Translations under genes and position numbers: made by a program
Notes under the pieces: generated by a model
Told to the model about the DNA's origin: nothing
Seen by the model: only the letters and a program-made list of their open reading frames with translations
Databases searched by the model: none
In this document: piece by piece, positions 12,654-22,864 of the stretch
How the letters are laid out: every line of letters starts with the position of its first letter
How positions within the stretch are numbered: the first letter of the stretch is position 1
Assembly: GCA_041662585.1 (NCBI GenBank)
Contig: JBAZSG010000002.1
Location: 13,588-77,587, forward strand
DNA: 64,000 nt
From: Patescibacteria group bacterium
GTDB lineage: Bacteria > Patescibacteriota > Patescibacteriia > UBA1558 > GWA2-36-10
Reading direction: 5' to 3'

Positions 12654-15500
12654 ATTTTTATTAATCATTTTGGCTAAATAATTGCCCGTATGAGATTCTT
12701 TGACTTTAGCTACTTCAATAGGGGTGCCTTTGGCGACTATTTGTCCACCTTTGTCTCCTCCTTCTGGACCAAGATCTATTACCCAATCAGAGGATTTTAT
12801 AACATCTAAATTATGTTCAATTACTAACACTGTATTACCTTTGTCTACCAAACGATGTAAAACTTCCAAGAGTCTTTTCACATCATCAAAATGAAGTCCT
12901 GTAGTAGGCTCATCCAAAATATATAAAGTCCTGCCGGAAGAACGACGAGAAAGCTCGGTAGCCAGTTTGATACGCTGAGCTTCTCCACCAGATAAGGTAG
13001 TGGCTGGTTGCCCCAGTTTTATATAGCCCAGTCCTACATCAACTAGAGTTTTCAATTTATTATAAATATTTGGTACATCATCAAAAAAATCCATAGCCTC
13101 TTCAGCTGTCATAGACAAAATTTCTGAAATATCTTTACTCTTATAATGAATCTCCAAGGCTTCTTCATTATATCTTTTGCCATGACACTCTTTACACTCT
13201 ACATATACATTTGGCAAAAAATTCATTTCTATTTTTATAGAACCATCACCCTGACAATTTTCACAACGTCCACCTTTGACATTAAAAGAAAATCTACCAG
13301 CTTTGTATCCTCTGATTTGAGCCTCAGCCAATTCGGCAAACAAATCTCTAATATAAGTAAAGGCTCCCGTATAAGTAGCTGGGTTTGATCTTGGTGTACG
13401 GCCAATTGGAGACTGATCAATATCAATTACTTTATCAATATTTTCCAAACCTTTTATTTCTCGATGTTCGCCCGGATTGTCTTTTGATCTATAAAAATGT
13501 TTGGTCAAGGCTTTGGCCAAAATTTCAGTCATTAGAGTTGATTTGCCAGATCCAGAAACACCAGTAATTGATATAAATTTACCCAAAGGAAATTCTACAT
13601 CTATATCTTTCAAATTAAATGCTTTGGCTCCCAAAATAGACAAAGTTTTGCCATTGCCTTTTCTGTATTTTTTGGGCATTGGAATAAATTTTTTACCAGC
13701 CAAATACTGCCCCGTAAGAGATTTGGCGTTCTTCTTAACAGCCTCTGGAGTACCAGCTGCTACCACCTCACCACCATGTTTGCCAGCTCCCGGACCAATA
13801 TCTATCAAATAATCAGCTTCTAGCATTGTTTCTTCATCGTGCTCAACTACTATTACTGAATTACCCAAATCTCTTAACTCTTTGAGAGTTTTGATGAGTT
13901 TGGCATTGTCTATCTGATGAAGACCAATAGATGGCTCGTCCAAAATATACAAAACACCAGTAAGTGAAGAGCCAATCTGAGTAGCCAAGCGAATACGCTG
14001 AGCTTCTCCGCCTGACAAAGTAGAAGCTGTTCTATCCAAAGTAAGATAATTTAAGCCTACATTTTCCAAAAATACCAAACGATCTCTAATGGCCTTTATA
14101 ATTTGTTTGGCAATAATATTTTCATTTTCCGACAATTGTTTTGATAAGCCTTTAAATTCTTTTTGCAAATCATCAATGTTTTGAGCCACAATATCGGCAA
14201 TACTTTTTCCAGCTATCTTTATATTTAGTACCTCTGCTTTCAATCTTTTGCCCTGACAGTCTTTGCAAATTTCTATTCTCATATATCTCTCAATTTCACT
14301 CCGGATATATTCTGAATCTGTTTCTTTGTATCTTCTTTCTAGATTGGCTACGACTCCTTCAAAGGTATTATTGTTGTTATTAGAAAATTTTGAATTATCA
14401 ATGTCTAGTTTATAAATTTCATCTCCCGTACCATTAAAAATAATATCTAGTTGTTTGCTAGTTAGTTTATCTATTGGCACTCTGGTAGAAAATTTGTATT
14501 TTTGAGCCACTGCTTCAATGATAGCCGTATACCAATTTTGATTGGCCGCTGTCCTAGACCAAGGACGAATAGCTCCTTCAGCTAAAGATAATTTTTTGTT
14601 AGGAATTACCAAGTCTTGATCAACTGTCAATTTGGTACCTAGTCCTGTACAAGCAGGACAAGCTCCATGAGGGCTATTGAAAGAAAAGTTTCTAGCCTCA
14701 ATAGATGAAAAAACCACTTCGGGATGTTCTAAACAAGTAAAATGTTCGCTAAAAATATTATCTTCTTTTTCTCTGGATAAATAAGCTGTCAAAAATCCAT
14801 TGCCCATATCTAGGGCAATATCTACCACCTGAGTAAGTCTTTCTTTGGTTTTTTTGGTACCATCACATCTAAGATGATCAATAGCTACTTCTATACTGTG
14901 TCTTTTGTGTTTGTCTAGGTCTAGTTCTAAAGCTTCTTTTATATTATAAAATTCTCCATCAATTCTTAATTTTTTATAACCAGAAACCTTAAATCTTTCA
15001 ATAACCTGACGATGCTCGCCTTTTTTGTTTTTTATAATCGGAGCCAAAATTATAAATTCAGATTCTTTTGGTAATTGCCAAATTTTATTTACAATTTCTT
15101 TTTGAGTCAATTGAATCAAAACTTTGGAACATTTATGACAATGCGGTGTACCAGCTTTGGCAAATAAAAGCCTAAGATAATCATATATTTCAGTCACTGT
15201 GCCAACAGTAGAGCGAGGATTTCTAGAAGAAGATCTTTGATCAATAGATATAGCTGGAGAAAGCCCATCAATTTGCTCAACATCTGGTTTGTCCATCAAA
15301 TCCAAAAACTGTCTGGCATATGAAGAAAGTGATTCTACATAACGACGTTGCCCTTCGGCATAAATGGTATCAAACGCTAAAGAAGACTTTCCTGATCCAG
15401 AAAGTCCCGTAATTACCACAAATTTATTGCGTGGAATTTTTACATCTATATTTTTGAGATTGTGCACTTTGGCACCCTTGATGGTAATAAATTGAGGCAT
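12648..15500 (-). CDS. uvrA: Excinuclease ABC subunit A
   Basis: [66 protein letters not shown]. Two ABC ATPase modules, zinc-finger Cys clusters, and LSGGEAQR signature motifs present twice. Confidence 0.95.
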   Translation of the reverse strand: MPQFITIKGAKVHNLKNIDVKIPRNKFVVITGLSGSGKSSLAFDTIYAEGQRRYVESLSSYARQFLDLMDKPDVEQIDGLSPAISIDQRSSSRNPRSTVGTVTEIYDYLRLLFAKAGTPHCHKCSKVLIQLTQKEIVNKIWQLPKESEFIILAPIIKNKKGEHRQVIERFKVSGYKKLRIDGEFYNIKEALELDLDKHKRHSIEVAIDHLRCDGTKKTKERLTQVVDIALDMGNGFLTAYLSREKEDNIFSEHFTCLEHPEVVFSSIEARNFSFNSPHGACPACTGLGTKLTVDQDLVIPNKKLSLAEGAIRPWSRTAANQNWYTAIIEAVAQKYKFSTRVPIDKLTSKQLDIIFNGTGDEIYKLDIDNSKFSNNNNNTFEGVVANLERRYKETDSEYIRSEIERYMRIEICKDCQGKRLKAEVLNIKIAGKSIADIVAQNIDDLQKEFKGLSKQLSENENIIAKQIIKAIRDRLVFLENVGLNYLTLDRTASTLSGGEAQRIRLATQIGSSLTGVLYILDEPSIGLHQIDNAKLIKTLKELRDLGNSVIVVEHDEETMLEADYLIDIGPGAGKHGGEVVAAGTPEAVKKNAKSLTGQYLAGKKFIPMPKKYRKGNGKTLSILGAKAFNLKDIDVEFPLGKFISITGVSGSGKSTLMTEILAKALTKHFYRSKDNPGEHREIKGLENIDKVIDIDQSPIGRTPRSNPATYTGAFTYIRDLFAELAEAQIRGYKAGRFSFNVKGGRCENCQGDGSIKIEMNFLPNVYVECKECHGKRYNEEALEIHYKSKDISEILSMTAEEAMDFFDDVPNIYNKLKTLVDVGLGYIKLGQPATTLSGGEAQRIKLATELSRRSSGRTLYILDEPTTGLHFDDVKRLLEVLHRLVDKGNTVLVIEHNLDVIKSSDWVIDLGPEGGDKGGQIVAKGTPIEVAKVKESHTGNYLAKMINKNK

Positions 15501-15608
15501 AAAATTATAAAATTTTAAAACAATAATCCTGACCATGGTAACATGGATTTATTACTAAGTCAATGACTAAAGAGTTTACAGCAAAATAAAAAGAACTTTA
15601 TAGCATGG

Positions 15609-15637
15609 TTGACAAAAAGACCTTTATTTGCTAGTAT
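15609..15637 (+). promoter_or_regulatory. Sigma70-like promoter for secG
   Basis: TTGACA - 17 nt - TAGTAT, 30 nt upstream of the secG ATG. Confidence 0.45.
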
Positions 15638-15667
15638 AAAGTAGTTATTTATTACTTCTTACAACCG

Positions 15668-15886
15668 ATGAAAAACTTAATCTATATTATCCAAATTGTG
15701 GTTTCCATTCTTTTGATGATCACTATTTTGCTACAACAAAAAGGATCTGGGCTAGGTGCTGGTTTTGGTGGCGAAAGTACTGTTTATCGTACCAAAAGAG
15801 GTGCAGAAAAATTTATTTTCAAACTTACAATTATTTTAGCTGTCTTATTTTTGGCCACCTCTTTGGCTAATATATTTATAGATTAG
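15668..15886 (+). CDS. secG: Preprotein translocase subunit SecG
   Basis: 72 aa. LLQQKGSGLGAGFGG is the SecG signature, flanked by two transmembrane helices. Confidence 0.75.
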   Translation: MKNLIYIIQIVVSILLMITILLQQKGSGLGAGFGGESTVYRTKRGAEKFIFKLTIILAVLFLATSLANIFID

Positions 15887-15943
15887 CTAATAGTTAATAA
15901 TTAAAATAAAAATATACTAGGCTTCTCCAAAATTAAAAGTTTT

Positions 15944-17788
15944 TTGATTTTTGTAAAAAATAAAAGTCAAAGTATCTTTGATAGTTTTTTTTCTTTATTA
16001 AAAAAAGGTAAAGACAAAATAGCCCCGGCTGAAAATGAAGATATCAATCAACAACTCATAATCCAACTCAACAAAAAAAAGATTCCTAGCCCCAGTCAAT
16101 TAAAGCACCTACCAAAATTCCTTAACAAACGAGAAAAACTCCAATTGTTACTAGCTCTGGCTATACTCATAGTATCCAGCGTTGGTATTACTTGGCGTTT
16201 CTATATAAAAAATTCAATCCCTGCTCCAAAATACGGTGGTGTTTACTCCGAAGGAATGATAGGCGTCCCTAGTTTGGTAAATCCAATACTAGCTACTTCT
16301 GATGTAGATAGAGATTTGACCAAGTTGATATTTTCTGGCCTGATGAAACAAGATGAAAATAATCAACTGATTCCTGATCTCGCTGGTGGCTATACTATAG
16401 ACGCAGAGCAGACTACCTATACTTTTGAATTGCGCGATGATATTCGTTGGCATGATGATACTCCAATCACAGCCAATGATGTAATATTTACTATAAACAA
16501 CATCAAAAATCCCGAGTATAAAAGTCCTTTTAAAAATAGTTTTAACGGTGTAACTGTCCAAGCTATAAATGACAAAACCATTCAGTTCAAATTGGAAAAA
16601 CCATTTACTCCTTTCTTATCAATTTTGACTCTTGGTATTATACCCGAACACCTTTGGTATTCTATCCCCGCCTTTGGAGCCAATCTAGCTGATTTAAATA
16701 TTAGACCAATAGGTAGTGGTCCTTATAAATTTAAATCATTGACCAGAGAAAGTAGTGGTAATATAAAATCCTATGTCTTAGAAGCTTATGAAGACTACTA
16801 TTTAGATAAAGCCTACATAAAAGAACTAAACTTCAAGTTTTATCCTGATTTTTCAACAGCTGTCACAGCCCTACAAAATAAAAATGTAGATGGACTCATA
16901 TATTTACCAAAAGAATATAAAGAGGTATTAAAAAATACAAATATTATTTTACATAATTTGCAATTTCCTCAATACACTGCTATTTTCTTTAATCCTAGCA
17001 AAAACGATCTATTGAATAACAACAGTTTTCGTGAAGCCTTGGCACTTTCAGTAGACAAAGAAAGAATATTAAATGAAGTATTGTATGGTGATGGACAAAT
17101 AATCAGCACTCCTATATTACCAGGACTTTTGGGTTATGATAGTACTATAAAAGCCCCCGAGTACAATCCAGAAAAATCCAAAGAAATCTTGGATAATCTA
17201 AAATTTACCATACCTGAAGACGGAAAATTTCGTACGCAAAGCAAAGATGACGAAAGTATAGAAATAAGTATAAAGCTTACCACTATAGATCAAACTGAAA
17301 ATGTAAAAATCGCGTCTATTATTCAAGAAAACTGGCAAAACATTGGTATCAAAACTGAGCTAAATATTATAGCTAAAGATAAAATAAAAAAAGATATTAT
17401 TGAAACCAGAGATTATGAAGCCCTAATTTTTGGTCAAGTCATAAATACCAATTCTGGGCCTTATCCTTTCTGGCACTCTAGTCAAAACAAAAACCCTGGC
17501 TTAAATCTCAGTGTCCTGGCCAACAAAGATATTGATGATTATCTAGATATAATACGTAGTGCAAAAAATGAAGAAAGTGAAATAGAACCATTGAAAAAAT
17601 TTCAAACCAAGCTATTGGAATTAAACTTTGCTATATTTTTATATAATCCTACTTATACTTACCCTACGGCTGACAAATTAAAAGGTATGGAAAACCTAAA
17701 ATTTATAAATTTGCCAGCTGATAGATTTAACAATATTACGTCTTGGTATATAAAAACCAAACGTATATTTTCTAGTGATAAAGATTAA
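15944..17788 (+). CDS. ABC transporter substrate-binding protein, family 5 (peptide/nickel type), membrane-anchored
   Basis: N-terminal transmembrane anchor, then YGGVYSEGMIGVPSLVNPILA...DDIRWHDDTPITANDV, typical of the SBP_bac_5 N-terminal region. Confidence 0.6.
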   Translation: MIFVKNKSQSIFDSFFSLLKKGKDKIAPAENEDINQQLIIQLNKKKIPSPSQLKHLPKFLNKREKLQLLLALAILIVSSVGITWRFYIKNSIPAPKYGGVYSEGMIGVPSLVNPILATSDVDRDLTKLIFSGLMKQDENNQLIPDLAGGYTIDAEQTTYTFELRDDIRWHDDTPITANDVIFTINNIKNPEYKSPFKNSFNGVTVQAINDKTIQFKLEKPFTPFLSILTLGIIPEHLWYSIPAFGANLADLNIRPIGSGPYKFKSLTRESSGNIKSYVLEAYEDYYLDKAYIKELNFKFYPDFSTAVTALQNKNVDGLIYLPKEYKEVLKNTNIILHNLQFPQYTAIFFNPSKNDLLNNNSFREALALSVDKERILNEVLYGDGQIISTPILPGLLGYDSTIKAPEYNPEKSKEILDNLKFTIPEDGKFRTQSKDDESIEISIKLTTIDQTENVKIASIIQENWQNIGIKTELNIIAKDKIKKDIIETRDYEALIFGQVINTNSGPYPFWHSSQNKNPGLNLSVLANKDIDDYLDIIRSAKNEESEIEPLKKFQTKLLELNFAIFLYNPTYTYPTADKLKGMENLKFINLPADRFNNITSWYIKTKRIFSSDKD

Positions 17789-17828
17789 ATTATTACTAAC
17801 TAACAATTAAACATAAAAAACAACCGCT

Positions 17829-19811
17829 ATGAATGCAATGAAAGATTCAACCGATAATTTATTATCCGGTACTAATAGTACTAACCAACGTAAAGCAAAC
17901 ACTCCTCCACAAGGGAAAAAAACATATCCTCCAAAAAGAGGTGGTGTTAATAATGCTAATATTAAACAGACTACTAGACCTCAAAAAACAAAAAAAAGAT
18001 GGGGCAAAAAAACAACTATAAACCCTATTCAAAATGAGACAAAACAAACAACCAACACTCTCCATAAAAAACAAAATCAAAAACTTCATAAATATAGCAA
18101 AAGACCAGACACTGCAAAAACCAAAACTACTACTCGCCCACTAGCCGCCAACAAATTAAGAGTTATCCCTATTGGTGGTTGTGAAGAAGTTGGTCGTAAT
18201 ATGACTGTCTTTGAATATGGCAACGATATCATAATTGTTGACATGGGCTTACAATGGCCAGAAGAAGACATGCCAGGCATTGATTATATTATTCCGAATA
18301 TTGAATATCTGAAAGGTAAAGAAAAAAATATCCGTGGTGTAATCATCACCCATGGTCACTATGACCATATTGGAGCCATACCTCATCTAATACCAAAGCT
18401 TGGCCACCCTGATATTTATGGTACTCCTTTGACTCTAGGTATTATAGCCAAACGCCAAGAAGACTTTAGAGGAGAAAAATCTTTAAATCTAAAATCTATT
18501 ACCCCTAGTACCAAACTAGCTCTAGGAAAATTTAGACTTAGTTTTTTTGGTGTTAGTCACAATATCCCAGGATCTGTAGGTGTGATAATTGATACTCCGA
18601 TTGGAAAAATAGTGCACACTGGTGACTTTAAACTAGACATCAAAGCTTCAGGGGATGCTCCAACTGAAATAGCCAAAATAAAAGCTCTAGGAAATCAAAA
18701 TGTCGTAGCTCTGATGGCTGACTCTACCAATGCTCCTCAAACTGGACATCAATTGACTGAAGGCGATATCCAAACCAATATAGATGATATATTGACACAG
18801 GCCACTGGTAGAACAATAGTTGGTACCTTTGCTTCCCTTTTGGGTAGAATCCAGCAAATCATTTGGGCAGCTGAAAAAATAAATAAAAAAGTAGTTATTG
18901 AAGGATTTTCAATGAAAAGAAATGTTGAATTGGCCCAACAACTTGGCTATATGAAAGTCAAAAAAGGGACTATTATACAACTCAAAGACATGAAAAGCTA
19001 CCCTGATAATAAGATTATTATCATGTGTACTGGCGCTCAAGGTGAAGACAATGCTGTACTTATGCGTATCGCGACCAATGAACATCGAGTGCTCAAAGTA
19101 GAACGCGGTGACACAATAGTCTTTTCTTCTTCCGTGATTCCTGGTAATGAAAGATCTGTGCAAAGATTAAAAGATTATCTCTATAGAAAAGGTGCTGAAG
19201 TAATCAACTATCAAATGATGGATGTCCATGCTGGTGGTCATGCTAAACAAGAAGATTTATTTGATATGATCCAAATGGTCAAACCAAAATATCATATCCC
19301 AGTCTATGGAAATCACTCTTTCTTAAAAATGCATGGCAAAGTAGCTCAGAGAGCTGGCATACCAGAAAATAGAATTTTTATACCAGACAATGGACAATTT
19401 ATAGAATTTGGACCAAATGGTGTGGGCTTACTCACCAATGATAAAACCAACTCTGAATATGTATTTGTGGATGGTTTGGGAGTAGGTGATGTATCTCATG
19501 TCGTGTTACGCGATCGTAAAATGATGGCCGAAGATGGTATGATAGTAGTCATCACTACTATTGGTAAAAATGGTAAATTGATTCATTCTCCAGATATAAT
19601 CTCACGTGGATTTATATATATGAGAGAAAACAAAGAAATTGTAGAAACCATCAGAACCAAAATAAAAAATATTGTAAATGAACACAATAAAACAAGTGGT
19701 AAAATAAATGATACTTACATAAAAGAAGCTATCAGAAACGATCTAGGACAATTTATATTCCAAAAAACCAAAAGAAGACCAATGGTCTTACCAGTGGTTA
19801 TCGAAGTTTAA
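17829..19811 (+). CDS. rnj: Ribonuclease J (metallo-beta-lactamase/beta-CASP) with a basic low-complexity N-terminal extension of about 105 aa
   Basis: IPIGGCEEVGRNMTVFEYGNDIIIVDMG and HGHYDHIGAIP (the metallo-beta-lactamase HxHxDH motif), followed by beta-CASP and C-terminal domains. No alternative ATG lies between the annotated start and the catalytic core. Confidence 0.85.
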   Translation: MNAMKDSTDNLLSGTNSTNQRKANTPPQGKKTYPPKRGGVNNANIKQTTRPQKTKKRWGKKTTINPIQNETKQTTNTLHKKQNQKLHKYSKRPDTAKTKTTTRPLAANKLRVIPIGGCEEVGRNMTVFEYGNDIIIVDMGLQWPEEDMPGIDYIIPNIEYLKGKEKNIRGVIITHGHYDHIGAIPHLIPKLGHPDIYGTPLTLGIIAKRQEDFRGEKSLNLKSITPSTKLALGKFRLSFFGVSHNIPGSVGVIIDTPIGKIVHTGDFKLDIKASGDAPTEIAKIKALGNQNVVALMADSTNAPQTGHQLTEGDIQTNIDDILTQATGRTIVGTFASLLGRIQQIIWAAEKINKKVVIEGFSMKRNVELAQQLGYMKVKKGTIIQLKDMKSYPDNKIIIMCTGAQGEDNAVLMRIATNEHRVLKVERGDTIVFSSSVIPGNERSVQRLKDYLYRKGAEVINYQMMDVHAGGHAKQEDLFDMIQMVKPKYHIPVYGNHSFLKMHGKVAQRAGIPENRIFIPDNGQFIEFGPNGVGLLTNDKTNSEYVFVDGLGVGDVSHVVLRDRKMMAEDGMIVVITTIGKNGKLIHSPDIISRGFIYMRENKEIVETIRTKIKNIVNEHNKTSGKINDTYIKEAIRNDLGQFIFQKTKRRPMVLPVVIEV

Positions 19812-19843
19812 CCCTTGCCTGTATTTATCCCCTAACACCCTAA

Positions 19844-19869
19844 ATCCCCCTTAACAGGGGGATTTTTTC
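19844..19869 (+). terminator. Rho-independent terminator after rnj
   Basis: atccccc-ttaaca-gggggat-ttttt. Confidence 0.8.
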
Positions 19870-19996
19870 ATTATCTATTATTTATCTCCTCCCCTGTTAA
19901 GGGGAGGTCGGGAGGGGTTAAGACGGAGGGGTGTTTTTATTTGACCCAAAGCGTTTATTTAGATAAAATATGATTATAGATTATTATAAAAAATAA

Positions 19997-20950
19997 ATGA
20001 AAAAATTATTTTCCGGTATCAAGCCAACAGGCAAAATTCATCTAGGCAACTATCTAGGAGCTTTAAAAAATTGGATAGATTTACAAGATAAATATACCTG
20101 CCTTTACTCTGTTGTAGATATGCACGCTTTGACTATAAACATTGGCCCTGATGAACTACGTGCCAATAGTATGCAAGTCGCTATAGACCTTTTGGCCTTG
20201 GGCATTGATCCCAAAAAATCTATCTTTTTCCGTCAATCTGATGTCATTGGACATACTGAACTAGCTTGGATATTTAATTGTCTTACCCCTATTTCTGAGC
20301 TAGAAAGAATGACTCAGTTTAAAGATGAATCAAAAAGTCACTCTGACAATGTCAATGCTGGTCTACTTACTTATCCTACTCTGATGGCGGCTGATATTTT
20401 ACTCTATCAAGCTGAAAATGTACCAGTGGGAGAAGACCAATTACAACATTTGGAACTAGCACGTATTATTGCTAGAAAATTTAACAATCGTTATCAAAGA
20501 TACTTTCCTGAAACCAAAGCCATCATATCTCCAGCTAGACGAGTAATGTCTCTCAAATATCCTAATAAAAAAATGAGCAAATCTCATGGTGAGGCAAGTT
20601 ACATTGCTATCCGAGATGATGAAGGCACTGTAAATAAAAAAATAAAAAAAGCAGTCACTGACAATCAAGGTATTTTAAATTTACTAGAGCTATATTCATA
20701 TTTTGGTGATCAAGATAAATATGAAAAAATGATGACCTTACACAAAACTAATAAACTAATGAGTCTACAACTAAAAGAAGAGTTGACCAAAGTTATATTA
20801 GAATTTCTAAGGCCTGTTCAGGAAAAAATAGCCTATTATGAAAATAATAAATCTAAAGTAGAGCTTATACTCCATGAAGGTGCCAAAAAAGCTCAAAGAA
20901 TAGCTGATCAAACCATGACTCAAGTCAAACAACTAATTGGTTTAAAATAG
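19997..20950 (+). CDS. trpS: Tryptophan--tRNA ligase
   Basis: MKKLFSGIKPTGKIHLGNYLGAL is the class I HIGH-type motif. KMSKS is present. 317 aa, typical TrpS length. Confidence 0.85.
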   Translation: MKKLFSGIKPTGKIHLGNYLGALKNWIDLQDKYTCLYSVVDMHALTINIGPDELRANSMQVAIDLLALGIDPKKSIFFRQSDVIGHTELAWIFNCLTPISELERMTQFKDESKSHSDNVNAGLLTYPTLMAADILLYQAENVPVGEDQLQHLELARIIARKFNNRYQRYFPETKAIISPARRVMSLKYPNKKMSKSHGEASYIAIRDDEGTVNKKIKKAVTDNQGILNLLELYSYFGDQDKYEKMMTLHKTNKLMSLQLKEELTKVILEFLRPVQEKIAYYENNKSKVELILHEGAKKAQRIADQTMTQVKQLIGLK

Positions 20951-20960
20951 TTAAATAAAA

Positions 20961-20986
20961 ATCCAGCCCCTCGCGAGGGGCTGGAT
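20961..20986 (-). terminator. GC hairpin terminator (U-tail on minus strand) for the dehydrogenase gene; also closes trpS
   Basis: atccagcccctcg-cgaggggctggat, with the T-run on the minus strand. Confidence 0.7.
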
Positions 20987-20995
20987 AAAAAAATA

Positions 20996-22048
20996 TTATT
21001 TTGTCTTGACCTCGTTGATTATTGTTTTTTTCTGACAACAAGCCATTACATTTTCTATCGTCGTATCCAAAATTCTCTCTAGCGCTTCTTGACTATTAAA
21101 AGCATTGTGCGGAGTGACAATCACTTTATCAGAAATAAGCAGCATATGACCCTCAACAATGGTTTGTAAATAATTATTAATATTTTCTTTGCTCTTGCTA
21201 GCAAAATGGGGTGATAAAAGCTCAGCTTCTTCTTTTAAAATATATTTTTCCTCTTCCAAAACATCCAGACCAATGCCAGCCAATTTACCACTACGCAAGC
21301 CATCTACTAAGGCTGTAGTATCTATCAAGCCACCTCTAGCTGTATTGATAATCATAGCTTCTGACTTGATGAGTTTGATATTTTTTCTATTTATCAAATG
21401 GTGAGTCGCTTTATTATATGGCGCATGCAAAGATATAATATCAGATTTTTTTAACAAAACATCTAAAGTAGCATATTTAAAACCCAATCTCTTGGCTAGC
21501 TTGGCGTCTCTTTTTACATCATAGGCCAAAACATGCATACCAAACCCTTTAGCAATGCGGATAACATGCTGACCAATATGACCAGTACCCACGATACCAA
21601 TCGTCTTATCACGAAGATCAAAACCACGCAGACCATCTAAAGAAAAATTACCCCTAGATGTCCGCTCGTATGATTGATGAATTTTACGAGACAAAGATAA
21701 TATCAAGGCAAAGGTATGTTCAGCAACTGTGTTGGCGCCATAGCTAGGTACATTGGCTACTTTGACACCAGCTTGTTTGGCCGCTTTGAGATCAATATGA
21801 TCAAAACCTGTAGATCTGGTACTAATCAATTTTAAGTTTGGTAATTCCTCCATCACGGCCTTGCTTACTTTGGAATATATAAAAGGAGATAGCACATCAA
21901 CATCTTCAATATACTTCAAGTTTTTTTTATCAATTACATTATCAAAAAAATAAAGCTTAAAACCTTTTAAAGCTTTTTGTAAATATTCTTTCTCCCACTG
22001 CTCTACTTCAAAAAAGGCGACTTTTGTTTTTTGCTTTATTTTTGTCAT
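20996..22048 (-). CDS. D-isomer-specific 2-hydroxyacid dehydrogenase family (D-lactate/phosphoglycerate dehydrogenase-like)
   Basis: GIVGTGHIGQHVIRIAKGFGMHVLAYD is the NAD-binding Rossmann motif. Catalytic R/E/H region: NTARGGLID...TPHNA. Confidence 0.8.
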   Translation of the reverse strand: MTKIKQKTKVAFFEVEQWEKEYLQKALKGFKLYFFDNVIDKKNLKYIEDVDVLSPFIYSKVSKAVMEELPNLKLISTRSTGFDHIDLKAAKQAGVKVANVPSYGANTVAEHTFALILSLSRKIHQSYERTSRGNFSLDGLRGFDLRDKTIGIVGTGHIGQHVIRIAKGFGMHVLAYDVKRDAKLAKRLGFKYATLDVLLKKSDIISLHAPYNKATHHLINRKNIKLIKSEAMIINTARGGLIDTTALVDGLRSGKLAGIGLDVLEEEKYILKEEAELLSPHFASKSKENINNYLQTIVEGHMLLISDKVIVTPHNAFNSQEALERILDTTIENVMACCQKKTIINEVKTK

Positions 22049-22060
22049 ATATATTATATA

Positions 22061-22864
22061 TTATTTTAATTTAATATTTTGTGATTTAATTTTTTTACCC
22101 AAAAATTTTTGAGCAGCTTTATCAAATTTTGCGCTATTACCAGTTGTTAAAAATAGCTTACTTGGTTTTTTGGATGGCTGATTATATTCTGGATGCCTAC
22201 TTATATAATCTACCAATTTATCAGCTATAATCTGTCCACTGGTTAATACTACCACTTCTTTACCAAAACTTTTGGCTATCATTTCTTGAAGCCAACCATA
22301 GTGAGTACAACCCAAAACCACTGCATCCAAATTGGCTCTCTTAAGTGTTTTGATATACTCTGTCAAAATTATTTGAGTCTCTGGCATATTTTCACGCGAC
22401 TCTTCAATCAAAGGAACAAGTAGTGGGCAAGCCTGTTGAATAACGTGAATATTTCTATTTATACTTGAAAACTCATTGATATAAGCCTGAGAATCAACGG
22501 TGCTAGTTGTAGCCATTACTCCTATTTTGGCATTTTTATCCAAGTCTGCATAGGCTTCTACCAAAGGTCTGATGACTCCCAAAACATTTCTACCTGGATA
22601 TTTATTTGGCAAATATTCTTGTTGCAATTTTCGAAGAGCCATAGCCGAGGCCGTATTACAGGCAAATATTATCAATTTACAATTTCGGGAAAACAAATAA
22701 TCCACTGCTTCCTGACTATATTTGTATATCAATTTTTGGCTCTTGTCTCCATAGGGAGATCTGGCATTGTCTCCTAAATAAATATAATCGTATTGCGGTA
22801 ATGTTTTCTCAATATCCTTAAAAATACTAAGTCCTCCATAACCAGAATCAAATATTCCAATCAT
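22061..22864 (-). CDS. murI: Glutamate racemase
   Basis: MIGIFDSGYGGLSI...IFACNTASA...VLGCTHY. Confidence 0.85.
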   Translation of the reverse strand: MIGIFDSGYGGLSIFKDIEKTLPQYDYIYLGDNARSPYGDKSQKLIYKYSQEAVDYLFSRNCKLIIFACNTASAMALRKLQQEYLPNKYPGRNVLGVIRPLVEAYADLDKNAKIGVMATTSTVDSQAYINEFSSINRNIHVIQQACPLLVPLIEESRENMPETQIILTEYIKTLKRANLDAVVLGCTHYGWLQEMIAKSFGKEVVVLTSGQIIADKLVDYISRHPEYNQPSKKPSKLFLTTGNSAKFDKAAQKFLGKKIKSQNIKLK

